Below, one piece after another: positions 38,056 to 52,000 of a DNA stretch of 64,000 nucleotides. Origin of the DNA: Octopus sinensis (lineage: Eukaryota); NCBI RefSeq assembly GCF_006345805.1, contig NC_043019.1:20521360-20585359 (forward strand), in the 5' to 3' direction. The number at the start of each line of letters is the position of its first letter. The stretch's first letter is position 1. Position numbers and translations under genes: made by a program. The notes under the pieces are model-generated. The model made no database searches. It was given only the letters and a program-made list of their open reading frames with translations, and had not been told where the DNA came from.

Positions 38056-41000
38056 TATTATATATATATATATAATATACACACATATATACATATATAT
38101 ATATATATACACACATATATATACATATATATATATATATACACACACACATATATATACATATATATATATACACACACATATATATATATATATATTG
38201 AGAGAGAGAGTGCAATTTATTAATTGGACATGACTGATGCAACACTTTTCCTCATACACATAAACACTGAAAGAGGGGTGGAGAATGAGAAACACTAAAA
38301 CGTTTTATGCCACATAAGTCAGCAACTGTGCCAAAATGTTTCATCCCTTGACATTAGCAGGAGTGGTGAAGAAGTGGTTGTTAGTAACAGCAGTCAGTAA
38401 TGTGTGAAGATGTTACATCAACAGCAGTACCGGGTTTTTCTTTTAAATGTGTTCATCAAGGAGAAAAGCTAACCAAAAAAAATGCTACCCAAAACTAATG
38501 ACTTTTCTGTTAATACAATAATAATTAATGTTTCTTTAAATTAAATTTAAAAAGTTTAATGATGTTATTTTTTTTTTTTCATTTCATCTAGTTTCAGCTC
38601 ACGAGCTGTGGCCATGCTGGGGCACCGCCATTCTGTTATGGAAATGTTTCATTTAGAAATTCTGTGTTTAGCTTCAGGATGGGGTGAACGAGTTATCGAG
38701 ACAGTATTTCTAATTTTGGTGAAGGAATAATTAACCTCATTTTCAATAATCATTTCATTATATTTTTTAATGTTCCAACAGCCATTCCTGCAACAACAAT
38801 GATGCCAAGCTGCAGTAGTCTAAGTCAGTGAACCTTTCCCTTGGAGTGACATATTTGTTGCTGAAAGACATTTCTTCATGAGCAGCAGCTAAATGGGTGT
38901 TGCTGTTGTTTAACCTTAGGTTAATCTTGATCAAGTAGATCTTGCAGTCAGGAAGTGGTGCAGGGTGATATATCTATCTTGGACTACATCATCCAACGTG
39001 TCCTTGTTTTCAAGAGATGGAAGGGTCTGTAATGGGAAAGAAATGACTTGATTCTAGCTACTGATCAACCAACCACAGAAACGTTCCCTTGTTGGCTTGA
39101 CAGACCCCTGTACTTCATATACACAGAGTAGGAGAGAAAGAGACAGAGTGCCGTGTTATAGTTACAACAAAGGAGATAAAGAGTGGTGTATTTTAGATGG
39201 AATTTGAGAGAGAGCATCATGTATTAGATGGCATAGAGAGAACCATATTCCAGATACAACAAGAGAGAAATGTATTATATAGAATAGAGAGAGATAACTA
39301 AGTTTTAGATGGAATAAGAAAAAGAGAGAGTGAATTTCTACAACACACACATATAGGCATCCCCTTGTGTTACATAAGCATTGCATTCCTACAACCTTAA
39401 TGTGGAACTCTGTAACAAGAAACCTATTTTACTTATTGACTTCCTTGACTTCATGTTCCACATTTCCAAATTCCACGCGATTGGCATTAGGAAGGCATAC
39501 TTCCAAAAGTCTCGGTCACTAGTCATTGCCTCGGTGAGGCCTAATGTTCGAAGGTCGTGCTTCACCACTTCATCCCAGATCTTCCTGGGTCTGTCCAACT
39601 TATTCTAGCATTAAAGATGCACATTAAATGATGTCCAGCAAGATTCTCAGGAATGCAATGCTTCCATGGTTGCACAATGGAGTGTCCATATCAAACCAGA
39701 ATTAAGAGACCCAAGACCATTGTTTGGTTAAAATACACAATAATATAATGGGCTGTACCTGAAATTGTTGGTTAATCTAGATTGATTGAAACAGACATTA
39801 AAAATTAAGGGACACATTTTCAGTGTATATATTTACGGTATATGATGTATATATAAAATTATATAACAAAAGTTTGGATTAAATATTTGTTTGTTTAGTT
39901 AACTAATTAATTAGTCCACCTAATAAGTAGTGGTTTTGTATGTTTTATTAAGATATTGTAGAGAAAAAATCATGAATTACTTCCTTTTGCTCACTATGTC
40001 TTATAAATATATAAATTAAGAGAAATACTGAATACCTATTAAGTATAACGGTAAATAGATGATTAAATGAATAGAGAGATATTATTGTAAAATTAATAAA
40101 TAGTTGGATAATTGACTGAATACCTATTAAGTATAACTATAATTATATATATATAATTTTACTATAATATCTCTCTATTCATATATATATATATTGCAAA
40201 TAAGAAAATGGAGAAGCACAGTTGGTTCATCAACTTTAGGACATTAAAATGTTGACTTATATATTTATCAAAACGACAACCATAATAACATACATATAGT
40301 ATATTATACAATGCATATAAGATAAGAATACAAGCATTTATTAAAATCACTTACAGCTGTTTCAGCCTATAGATAATAGCAACTCATTGTGCCTATATTA
40401 GTCAAGTGTATTGAGGTGGTAGGCAGTTGAAAATGAGGTACTTATATATATCCCTAGGCCTCATCATAGATTATAAAGTACTCTCTTTTACTTGTTTCAG
40501 TCATTTGACTGTGGCCATGCTGGAGCACTGCCTTTAATCGAGCAACTCGACCCTGGGACTTATTCTTTTGTAAGCCCAGTACTTATTCTATCGGTCTCTT
40601 TTGGCGAACTGTTAAGTAACGGGAACATAAACACACCAGCATCGGTTGTCAAGCAATGCTAGGGGGACAAACACACACACGTATATATATATACGCATAT
40701 ATACGACGGGCTTCTTTCAGTTTCCGTCTACCAAATCCACTCACAAGGCTTTGGTCGGCCCGAGGCTATAGTAGAAGACACTTGCCCAAAGTGCCACACA
40801 GTGGGACTGAACCTGGAACCATGTGGTTGGTAAACAAGCTACTTACCACACAGCCACTCAAAATATAAATATATATATGTGAAACAAAATATACGCACAT
40901 TTTAATATATATATACATGCATATACACATATATATAGATAGACATAATTATACATACATACAAGTATATAGACAATTATATATACTGGAACATACACAT

Positions 41001-44000
41001 ACATCCATATCCATGAGTACATATATAATATTTAATTATTACTAATATTATTATCATTATTAATAATGATAATATTAAATTCTGTGTATTCTTCTATACA
41101 CAATACATAGTATCAGAAATTAAAATATAGAATATACTCTAATATATAATATAAACAGGTGTTTATGAAAGATTTAAGCTTATTAATTTTACAATCACAG
41201 TCAATATATTCATTTATTACACACATGTGAGTGAGAACACTTTGAGATATTTTTGGTATCTAACATATGTCAGATACTGCGAGCGCTGCTTCTGATTGGT
41301 CAATCCATGGTGATGACCCACGTCATGGTGACGGCACTACTTTTGTCATTCATAAGTTACAACTAAACGTGAAGAATTTAGTTATTGGGTTAATAAAATA
41401 TGGTCGTTTATTCGTGTTTAATAAATAAAATACCAAACTCATTCTCTATGGATACCGTATTTATTACAACTCGTGGCTTGTAAACGTATCTAACTCGCTT
41501 TCGCTCGTTAGATACATTTACAAGCCACTCGTAATAAATACGGTATCCATAGGGAACTCGTTTGGTATTCTCTATATATCATACAGTTAATATATAGTTA
41601 TTTCAGTATTATTCTTCATACACATATATATGTGTGTGGGCAACAAACACATGTATAATGTATATATATATATACATACGCACAAATATACACCAATACA
41701 TATATGAAATTTTTTTCTTTTCATCATACAAAAAATATATACATACTTATTACAACATATTATGCGTAATAAAAGTTCACAGATTAAGAGATAACAGATT
41801 AACTATGTGAGCTAACTTATTCGTTATTTATTAATACTTTAGTGGTTTAAATCTAACGGGGATTGGGGAGAGATTATTTTTAATCATAAGCTAAATCTAA
41901 TTGGTTAACAAATTTGAATTTCTTTGTCTCGGTTACAGTTGGTTGATTGAAAACCGAATGAGTAAAACTAATTGTAAATAGATCATAAACAATTGAAAAT
42001 GCTAATAATATTTTTATATATACATATATACACGTACATACCAATACATATAGACATATATAAGCAGATACACACACACACTCACACATATATATATATG
42101 TACTAACCTACATAATAACATTAACAAGAAAAATAATGTAATATTTTATTTTACTTTATATAAAAACTGTGATTTTTTAATGTATATTTTCTTACTAACC
42201 TAAATGGGTATAAGTTTGAAGTACAAATTTGTAATAATTTGGAAAAGAATTACAATAGATAAAAAAATCAAATTCACTGTATTTATATCCTGTTATTACA
42301 ATGCAAATTGTTAAATTTACTCTCAAATTAGTTATTAAACATTCACAATAAATTCATATATTAGCTATACTTGCATAAGTTAAATTATATTCATTACTGT
42401 TATAAATACTTATAAATATTTATTGTAACTGACCAAATTTTCTCTTTTTATTTATGCTTAAAACCATATTTATCGTAGATATATTTTCGGTGCCTGGTTA
42501 TTTTTTTATTTAAGTGTATACTGTAGAAATCCATATAAAATTTTATTGTCACTTAATTATCCAACTATTTATTTATTAATTTTACAATAATATCTCTCTA
42601 TTCATTTAATTATCTATTTACCGTTATACTTAATAGGTATTCAGTATTTCTTTTAATTTATATATTTATAAGACATAGTGAGCAAGAGGAAGTAATTCAT
42701 GATTTTTTCTCTACAATATCTTAATAAAACATACAAAACCACTACTTATTAGGTGGACTAATTAATTAGTTAACTAAACAAACAAATATTTAATCCAAAC
42801 TTTTGTTATATAATTTTATATATACATCATATACTGTAAACGTATATATGTAGAAGTATACAAATATACACATATACACATGCACACATACATACAGATA
42901 CATTCATCCGATAAGACTGGAAAACATATATAACATAGACACTTACATATACCATGAACTATTATATAAGGAAATAAGAAAAAAATATAAGGTTGTACCT
43001 TATGCTACACTAAGATAAACGTTGAAGCTAGAAATATGTTTGATTTTAATTTAGAAGATAAAACTGAACCATTCACTCTTATAAGACCACGTATAACAGT
43101 TAAGAACCATAAGGAGAACTTCCCTAACAAAACACAGGGCAGACTAATCTGTCCAAATAAATAAGACTTAGGTAAATAAAGTAAAATACTTTTAGATAAA
43201 TGCATACCTATAATTAGAAATAAAATTAAACTTAATTTATGGAAAAACACACAAGGTGCATTAGATTGGTTTTCAAGTATTAAGATTGATAATGGGATAA
43301 ACTATAAACTAATTCAAATTGATATAAAAAATTATTATGCATCGATAAACCCTGTAGTACTTAATAGTGCTCTAATATTTGCAAGGAGACACACAAATCT
43401 TAGCATGAGAGAAATAAAAGTAATACTTACTGCACACAAAACTGTTATAGAATTTGATAACAAACTATGGGCTAGAAAAGACACACCAGACTTATTTGAT
43501 ATTACAATGGGATCGTCAGACTCAGCAGAAACGACTGACCTGGTAGGTCTTTATTTATTAGACAATATAGGTAAGGAATTCCCTGAATTAACTGGTAGTC
43601 TTTATAGAGACAATGCATTATTCCTAGTTAAGAATCTTTCGAATAGACATCTAGAAATACTTAAAAAACGTTTACATAAATTCTTTAATAGTTTTGGTCT
43701 ATCCATAACCATTGAAAATGAAAATTATTCTATAAGTTATTTAGATGTTAATTGCACCCTTAATACTGGACTCTATGAACCTAATGTGAAACAAAATTCT
43801 AATTTAAGATATATAAATAATTCCAGTAATCACTGTCCGGAAATAAAAAAAAGCCCTACAACTAAACATAAGTAAAAGAATTTCTAACCTATCTTCTAAT
43901 GAAGAAATATTTAATAGACATAAGGAAAAATACAACAGAGCATTACATAATGCAGGATATAATAGTAAAATAAAATATATCTCCAATAATATTAACTTTA

Positions 44001-44567
44001 AAACTCATGATAGAATAATAACAACAAATACAGTTTAGATAAATATAGCATTAACACCAAATAAAAAGAAAAATAACAACAATAATAAAAAAAATAAAAA
44101 TAGTAATAATAGTAAAAATAGGATTAGAAATCCCATAATAAATAATGATAATAATATTAGACATAGTAAAACCAATACTAATTATAATAACAATAACGAA
44201 ATATTTAGTATAAATTATAACAAAAAGAATACTATTAATTATAAAAATTATTAAAGTAGGAAATTACAAATAATATAAGAAACCCTTATAAGGAAAATAA
44301 TGAAATAGATACTTTATGGTTAAGAATACCTTGTGCTATGCAAGTAAAAAATAATATAGTGAAAAATATTTTCAATATAATAAACAAACATTTTGAAAAA
44401 GGAAAAAACAAATATTGGGAGATAATTAATAAAAAAAAACAATAAGAATAGGATATAGTCTAACTCATAACCTAGCCACCATCATATCCTCAATTAACAA
44501 TAGAAAACTTGACAATTTCTATCTAAGTAGAAAAAATAATATAAACATGAATAAAAATAGCACCAAC

Positions 44568-44601
<34 letters not shown>

Positions 44602-46005
44602 GAAATGACAATAATAGAAATGCCACAATCAGTGATAACAACAATAATAAAAATAATAATGACAACACTATAGGTAATAACAATAACAATAATAATAATA
44701 ATAGGAATAATGATAATATTAATTATAGTAATAACAGTAATAATAATAGGAAGATTACTAGTAATATAAGTCAAACTAATAGGAAGTATAATAATAATAG
44801 TAGTCAGATGAACAATGACCTAGGAAATAATAGATTTAGCTTACGATTAAAAATAATTTCTCCCCAATCCCCGTTAGATTTAAACCACTAAAGTATTAAT
44901 AAATAACGAATAAATTAGCTCACGTAGTTTATCTCTTATCTCTTAGTCTGTGAAATATTATTACGCATAATATGTTGTAATAAGTATGTATATATTTTTT
45001 GTATGCTGAAAAGAAAAAAATTTCATATATGTATTGGTGTATATTTGTGCGTACGTATATATATATATATACATACATATACATGTGTTTGTTGCCCACA
45101 CACACATATATATATATATGTGTGTATGAAGAATAATACTGAAATAACTATATATTAACTGTATGATATATGAATATATTGACTGTGATTGTAAAATTAA
45201 TAAGCTTAAATCTTTCATAAACATCTGTTTATATTATATATTAGAGTATATTCTATATTTTAATTTCTTATACTATGTATTGTGTATAGAAGAATACACA
45301 GAATTTAATATTATTATTATTATTATTATTAATAATGATAATAATATTAGTAATAATTAAATATTATATATGTACCCATGGATATGGATGTATATGTATA
45401 ATTATGTCTATATGTGTATATGTATATATGTGTGTGTGTATATATATATATATGTGTGTGTGTATATTAAAAAGTGTGTGTATTTTTTTTTTCACATATA
45501 TATATTTATATTTTATGATTGTACTTTATAATCTCTGACGAGGCCTAGGGATATATATAAGTACCTCATTTTCAACTGCCTATCACCTCAATACACTTGA
45601 CTAATATAGGCACAATGAGTCGCTATTATCTATAGGCTGAAACAGCTGTAAGTGATTTTAATAATGTATATTCATGTTTTTTAATAACTGCTTGTATTCT
45701 TATCTTATATGCATTGTATAATATACTTTATGTATGTATGTTATTATGGTTGTCGTTTTGATAAATATATAAGTCAAAATTTTAATGTCCTAAAGTTGAT
45801 GAACTAACTAATGTGCTTCTCCATTTTCTGATTTGTAATATAAATTAATGGTAAAATATTTCTTTACCTTCACCCATTTAATAAAAGTAACTTTATTGTA
45901 TTGCAATTAAAAACACTTGTGTATTAATAATTGGGTATTATACCAACAGTATATTGGATAAGTATTATCCCTTAGTGGGTTGGATCCACAACCCCTAACT
46001 TTCTT

Positions 46006-46057
<52 letters not shown>

Positions 46058-49000
46058 CATGCATTCACACACATATATATAGTGTACTGTTTCATTATTG
46101 GCAGGATCAACAAAAAATGTACTTCATCCATTGCAAGATAAATATTTAACAAACACAGGATTTAAATGTGAGCTTACTATACTATAACTTTCAAGTTCTC
46201 ATTACAATAATCAGATGAGCTTGTACAGCATGTCATGTATTAGCCTGAAAGACTGAAGGATAGTACAGAGTACTGCTGTACAAGTTTGTCCAATTGCTGT
46301 AATATCAAAACATGAAACTTATAGTAGCTCACGTTTAAATCCTATCTTTGTTAAAGTAATATATATTTATTAGTTTGGCTTTTGAGTAGTGGTTGTGCTC
46401 ACCAGTCCTGTGCCTGCAAAAGCTAATGCTGTTAACATTCCTCTTGAGCAGTCACAAGTTAATGCTTCAGGAAAAATCATGTGCAGAGCAAGGAAGACTG
46501 GTTCTAGTGGTTAGCACAGTACAGCAGGGGTGAGAAGAGAAAGAGTGCTGAGTAGGCCAAGAGCAGATGACCTGAGACCAGTCAACTGCGAAAGAGCAGA
46601 AGTCATTTAAGTAGTGGTAGAAAAGAGAAGACACAACTAAAGAATCTCAGATTTTTCACATCATTGTCTGATGTTTTGGTAGCATCTTTACCATCTTTTA
46701 GTGGCACCTTTGCACATTGATTTCAAATCATTTCAAAAGCATCGATATATGATCCTAGTTAACCTTTATTGCTCAGATAACCCCAAACATTTTATGGTTG
46801 AGTGATCAGTGCCAGGATCTCTCCACACCTTTATGGCTGCATACCCTTTCACACAAGTCAGTGATGAAGTATCTCTATACTCACTAAATCTGCCATAAAT
46901 AACAGCCAATTCACCCTCAAATTACATGCTACCATCATAAATGAAAGATGAAGAACAAAGCTACTTCCAGTTTTGTTGGGGGGACAAACACAGACACACA
47001 AACATATACATACACATACACGTACATATATATACATATATACAACGGGCCTCTTTCAGTTTCCGTCTACCAAATCCACTCACAAGGCTTTGGTCAGCCC
47101 AAGGCTATAGTAGAAGACACTCGCCCAAGGCGCCACGTAGTGGGACTGAACCCGGAACCATGTGGTTGGTAAGCAAGCTACTTACCACACAGCCACTCCT
47201 GTGCTATATAGCTAAAGTAATTACCATCATCCTCATTTAACCTTTACTTTTCTATGCTTGCATGGATTGGACACTATCTGTGGCAGATTCTCTACAGCCG
47301 GATGTTCATCTTGTCACCGATTCTCAATTGTTTCCAAGCAAGGTAATGTTTCTCCATGGCCAGATACGTTCTTGCAGAATACTGGAAATGCACGACACCG
47401 CTTCTACGACAGTGACAACTATTTACCACTACTACACAATGCCAAGAAAAGAAAATACACACACACACACACACACATGTATACATACATATATAATTAC
47501 AAAGAATATGGAAACTGGTACATCTTCAAATGTTTCTTGATGCAGTTAGCCAGAACCTGGATTATACCTAAGAGCTCTTATGGCATCCACCTAGATAATT
47601 TATCTGTATACACTCATTGTATACACACACACACACTTACATACATATGATGGGATTCTTTCAGTTTCTGTCTACCAAATCTATTCACAAGGCTTTGGTC
47701 AGTCTGAGACTGTAATAAATGATAATCCTATTTCTTTACTACCCACAAGGGGCTAAACACAGAGAGGACAAACAAGGACAGACAAACGGATTAAGTCGAT
47801 TACATCGACCCCAGTGCGTAACTGGTACTTATTTAATCGATCCAGAAAGGATGAAAGGTAAAGTCGACCTCGGCGGAATTTGAACTCAGAACGTAACGGC
47901 AGACAAAATACCTATTTCTATTTCTTTACTACCCACAAGGGGCTAAACACAGAGAGGACAAACAAGGACAGACAAACAGATTAAGTCGATTATATCGATC
48001 CCAGTGCATAACTGGTACTAATTTAATCGACTCTGAAAGGATGAAAGGCTAAGTCGACCTCGGCGGAATTTGAACACAGAACGTAGCAGCAGATGAAATA
48101 CTGCTAAGCATTTCGCCCGGCATACTAACGATTCTGCCAACTTGCCGTAATAAATGATAATCCAAAGTGCTACACAGTAGAACTGAACCTGAAACCATGT
48201 GGTTGGGAAACAAACCTCTTGCCACAGAGCCACGCTCGTACTTATACATACCTGTATTAACTATTTTATTTTACAGTTAAAATAATACACCTGTATTAGC
48301 TATTCCCATACATAACTTAAAATATCAGTTTGAGTCAATGAGAAAGCCTGTATGTGGTAGTTCAACATGCTAGAAATGGCAATCAAATTTTTATCAGATT
48401 TAACTCCATCCTTGCCTAGCTTCTTACTACCAAATACACACTAAAATTTATCCCCACTACCCCACTATTTACTAATCTACTGTGCCAAGAGAACCCATAA
48501 AAACCAAAAGCAAGTAGCACCATGCATAGTCAGTGGCAAAATAGAAATAAGCACCTTGAAATATAAAATTGGATTTCATTAAAATGCTCCACCAACCAGT
48601 ACAGAACACCCTTCTCCCCACTAAAACAAGCAAAACAAAAATAGAAGTGGGATCAGAAAGTTCCTGGAGCAGGTGTGAAAAATAGTCCACCAGTATTCCA
48701 TAGTGGATTTCATATATTGTTTATATTTGGACACCATTCCCTTTGAAATAATACCCTTGGGAATGTATGCAGTGAGGTGTTGTGATAATTCTTTTTTTGA
48801 AGGCTATTCAATACCACCAATAATTCCATTTTAATTTCATTGACCAAAGTGAAGTGACACCCTTTTAGGTTCAATTTTGTTGTATAAAACACAGCAAAGT
48901 CTCTGGGGTGCTGGTCAAGGGAAATATGGCAGGAGTAAAATTGACGGGAATGACTGCTGTTTCATGAAAATCCTGTAGTGTGCATTTGGGTTTTCCATGA

Positions 49001-52000
49001 AAAAATCCTGATGGACTCTAAAACACATTCCAAACATTAGAGGGAGCTGGAGATTGTATGGCAACAACCCTCAAATCATGATTTTGTAAATTTTCTGTCA
49101 TCAAATTTTCCCTAAATTTGTCATCTTAACCCTTTTGTTACCGTATTTATTTTGAGATGCTCTGTGTTTGTTTCAATTACTTTAAATATAACAAAGACTT
49201 TAGTAAAATAACTTAGTTATCATTAAGCTAGTGTTAGGAACATAAATTGTGACTAAGGTTTGGTGGAAGATTTTAATTCAAAACTTATGAAAACAAGATA
49301 TTTGTACTACAGAGCCAGAGGCAGTTTCAGCCAAGTTGGTAACAAAAGGGTTAAACATTTCAACTGGCCTTGAAATAACCATAATACTCAAAAATTTGTG
49401 TTCAGCCAAAAGAATATTTACCAAAAGTTTGGCAAAGCATTTTAAGGGTCTCGGCAGCAGATTTACCAAGCTTCATGCAAAGTTTGACACTGATTTGTCA
49501 GCCATTATGTAAGAAAAAAAAAACATTACAGAGGTGTACTAACACAATGTTATAGAACATCCTGTTATTATAGAATACAAGTTGACAACGTGAAGCCTGC
49601 TTATAGACTGACTTAGAAGGATGACTTGTAATGGTCATCAGCTGTGTACACTTTTACAATGACCAGAACAGAGGCAACCCTTGCAGTCTAGAAACATTCT
49701 GATAATATCTCATAGACTTTGAATCATCATTAGAAAAGTCAATTAATTTCAGAAAAAAAAGAAGAAAAAAAATCTGTTTAAATTACCTTGAAATTCTTCC
49801 TGAGGTCATTGACTGTAATGAAGCCCTTGTTGTCAGTGTCCAGTGATTTAAATTTAGCAATGTACTCATTGATTTCGTCCTTTGTGAAATTAATGGGTAC
49901 GTTGGCAGAAGCAGTTTTGAGGTCAAGACCCATTTCCCGACGAAGGAACTTCTTGCAATGTTCAATTTGATCCTGCAAATAAATTCAGGAAAATAAAATG
50001 AATTTGTGGAGGCACAATGGACCAGTGGTTAGGGCAGCGGACTCGCGGTTGTAGGATCGCGGTTTCGATTCCCAGACCAAGCGTTGTGAGCGTAAACACC
50101 TAAAGCTCCACGATGCTCCGGCAGGGGGTGGTAGCGATCCCTGTTGTACTCTTTCGCCTTAGCCAGTGGGGTGGCGTCATTTGAAGGCTAAAACAATGCG
50201 AAGTGCATTGTGACCAGTGATGTTTAGCAACATCTGATGGCCTGGTCAGTCGCAGTGAAAATGAATTTACAGAAATAAATTAAAATTGAAAAAAAGACCT
50301 AAAAGAAACAAATTAATTTAATTAAATATATTATTATTTATATTTGTGTTGATATTTTCACACACAGAATGAAAACTTTTCTTTGCAGCCAAGATTACAA
50401 TAGCAATGTATTATTAATTTTTAGTTTATCTTTAAATTGTTTCAGTCATCAGACTTTGGCCATGCTGGGGCACCGCCTTGAAGAAATTTTAGTCAAATGT
50501 ATCAACTCCAGTACTTAAGTGTTTTTGTAAGCCTAGTACTTATTCTATTGGTCTCTTTTGCTGGACCACAAAGTTATGGGGATGTAAACACACCAGCACC
50601 AGTTGTCAAGTAGTGGGACAAATGCAGACACACACACCACCCTAAAATATAGAAATACAAGGTAAAACTGCATCTTTGTCCTGTCTTCTTTACCTTTTGT
50701 AGTTTAATTAGTACCTTCTTGCATTGTTCCGGCCTCACACAACAGCCTTCTTTAAAGTTATATCACACGATGCTTCACCAAAACTATCTTATATGTGACA
50801 GAGTGGCTAACCAGCTTCCGTGCCAGTGGCACATAAAAGGCACCATTCGAGTGTGATCATTACCAGCGTCGCCTTACTGGCACTCGTGCCCGTGCTAGTA
50901 GGGTGCCAAGAGCACCATCCGAGTGTGATCGTTGCCAGAGGGCACCATCCTTGCATGATCGTTACGTAAACAGCATCCACTACACTCTCGGAGTGGTTGG
51001 CGTTAGGAAGGGCATCCAGCTGTAGAAACTCTGCCAGATCAAGATTGGAGCCTGGTGTGGCCGTCTGGTTCGCCAGCCCTCAGTCAAAATCGTCCAACCC
51101 ATGCTAGCATGGAAAGCGGACGTTAAACGATGATGATGATGATGTATACATTAAGTATGGTACAAACACGGCTATTATAATGAAATATTGCCTCAGCTGT
51201 ATATACTAGGAGTTTGTTTCCATCCATCTATCAAGTCCACTCACAAAGCTTTGGTCAGCCTGGTGTTGTAAATGAAAGCACTTACCTAAGGTGTTGTACA
51301 GCAGGACTAAACCCAAGACCACATGGATGAGAAACAAGTTTCTTCACCAAACAGCCACACCAGTAAAAATGAAACCTTGTTCAACAATGAAACATGGACA
51401 GTTATAGACTATGGACTCACCTGCTTCTGCTTTTCATCCCATCCAAGTTCATCAGCCATTATATCTACCACTCTGGGTAGGGCCTCTTCCGCTGCAATAG
51501 CATTGCAGAATGACAGACGTGTACGGCGTGCAAGAATATCAACAGCGGATGTAGCATATTCCCGAACAGCATATCGGACCTACAGAAAGAAGAGACAAGG
51601 TTAATAGGGAGTTCTGTGACAGAAAGAAAGAGAGAGGAGATTTCAGTACTTCTAAAGTATAGACATGGAGAGAACATCGGAGAGAGTGTCAGCAGAGAAT
51701 GGAAGAAAAGTTCTAAAAAATTTCTACCTAATTTATTAAGTGAAGTACCTCGGTGTAGTGATCTAGGTGTATTGATCTGTATCAATCAGGAAGGAAAGGG
51801 TTAGATTTGTTGATAGAGAAAAATCATCATTTTCCATGCTGGCATGGGTTGGACAGTTTGAGAGGATCCTGTGAGCAGCAAGGCTGTGCCAAGCACCAGT
51901 ATCAACTTTGGCAGTGTGTAGTAGGTACATTTTTCATGCCACCAGCACTAGTGGGGTCACCGAATAACTTGCCAAGAGAGGAAAAGAACTGGAACAAACT

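Noticed and set aside
36620-38295. Long ORFs of 444, 510 and 282 aa
   Set aside because: Translations of a TA/CA microsatellite that lacks stop codons; no coding signal
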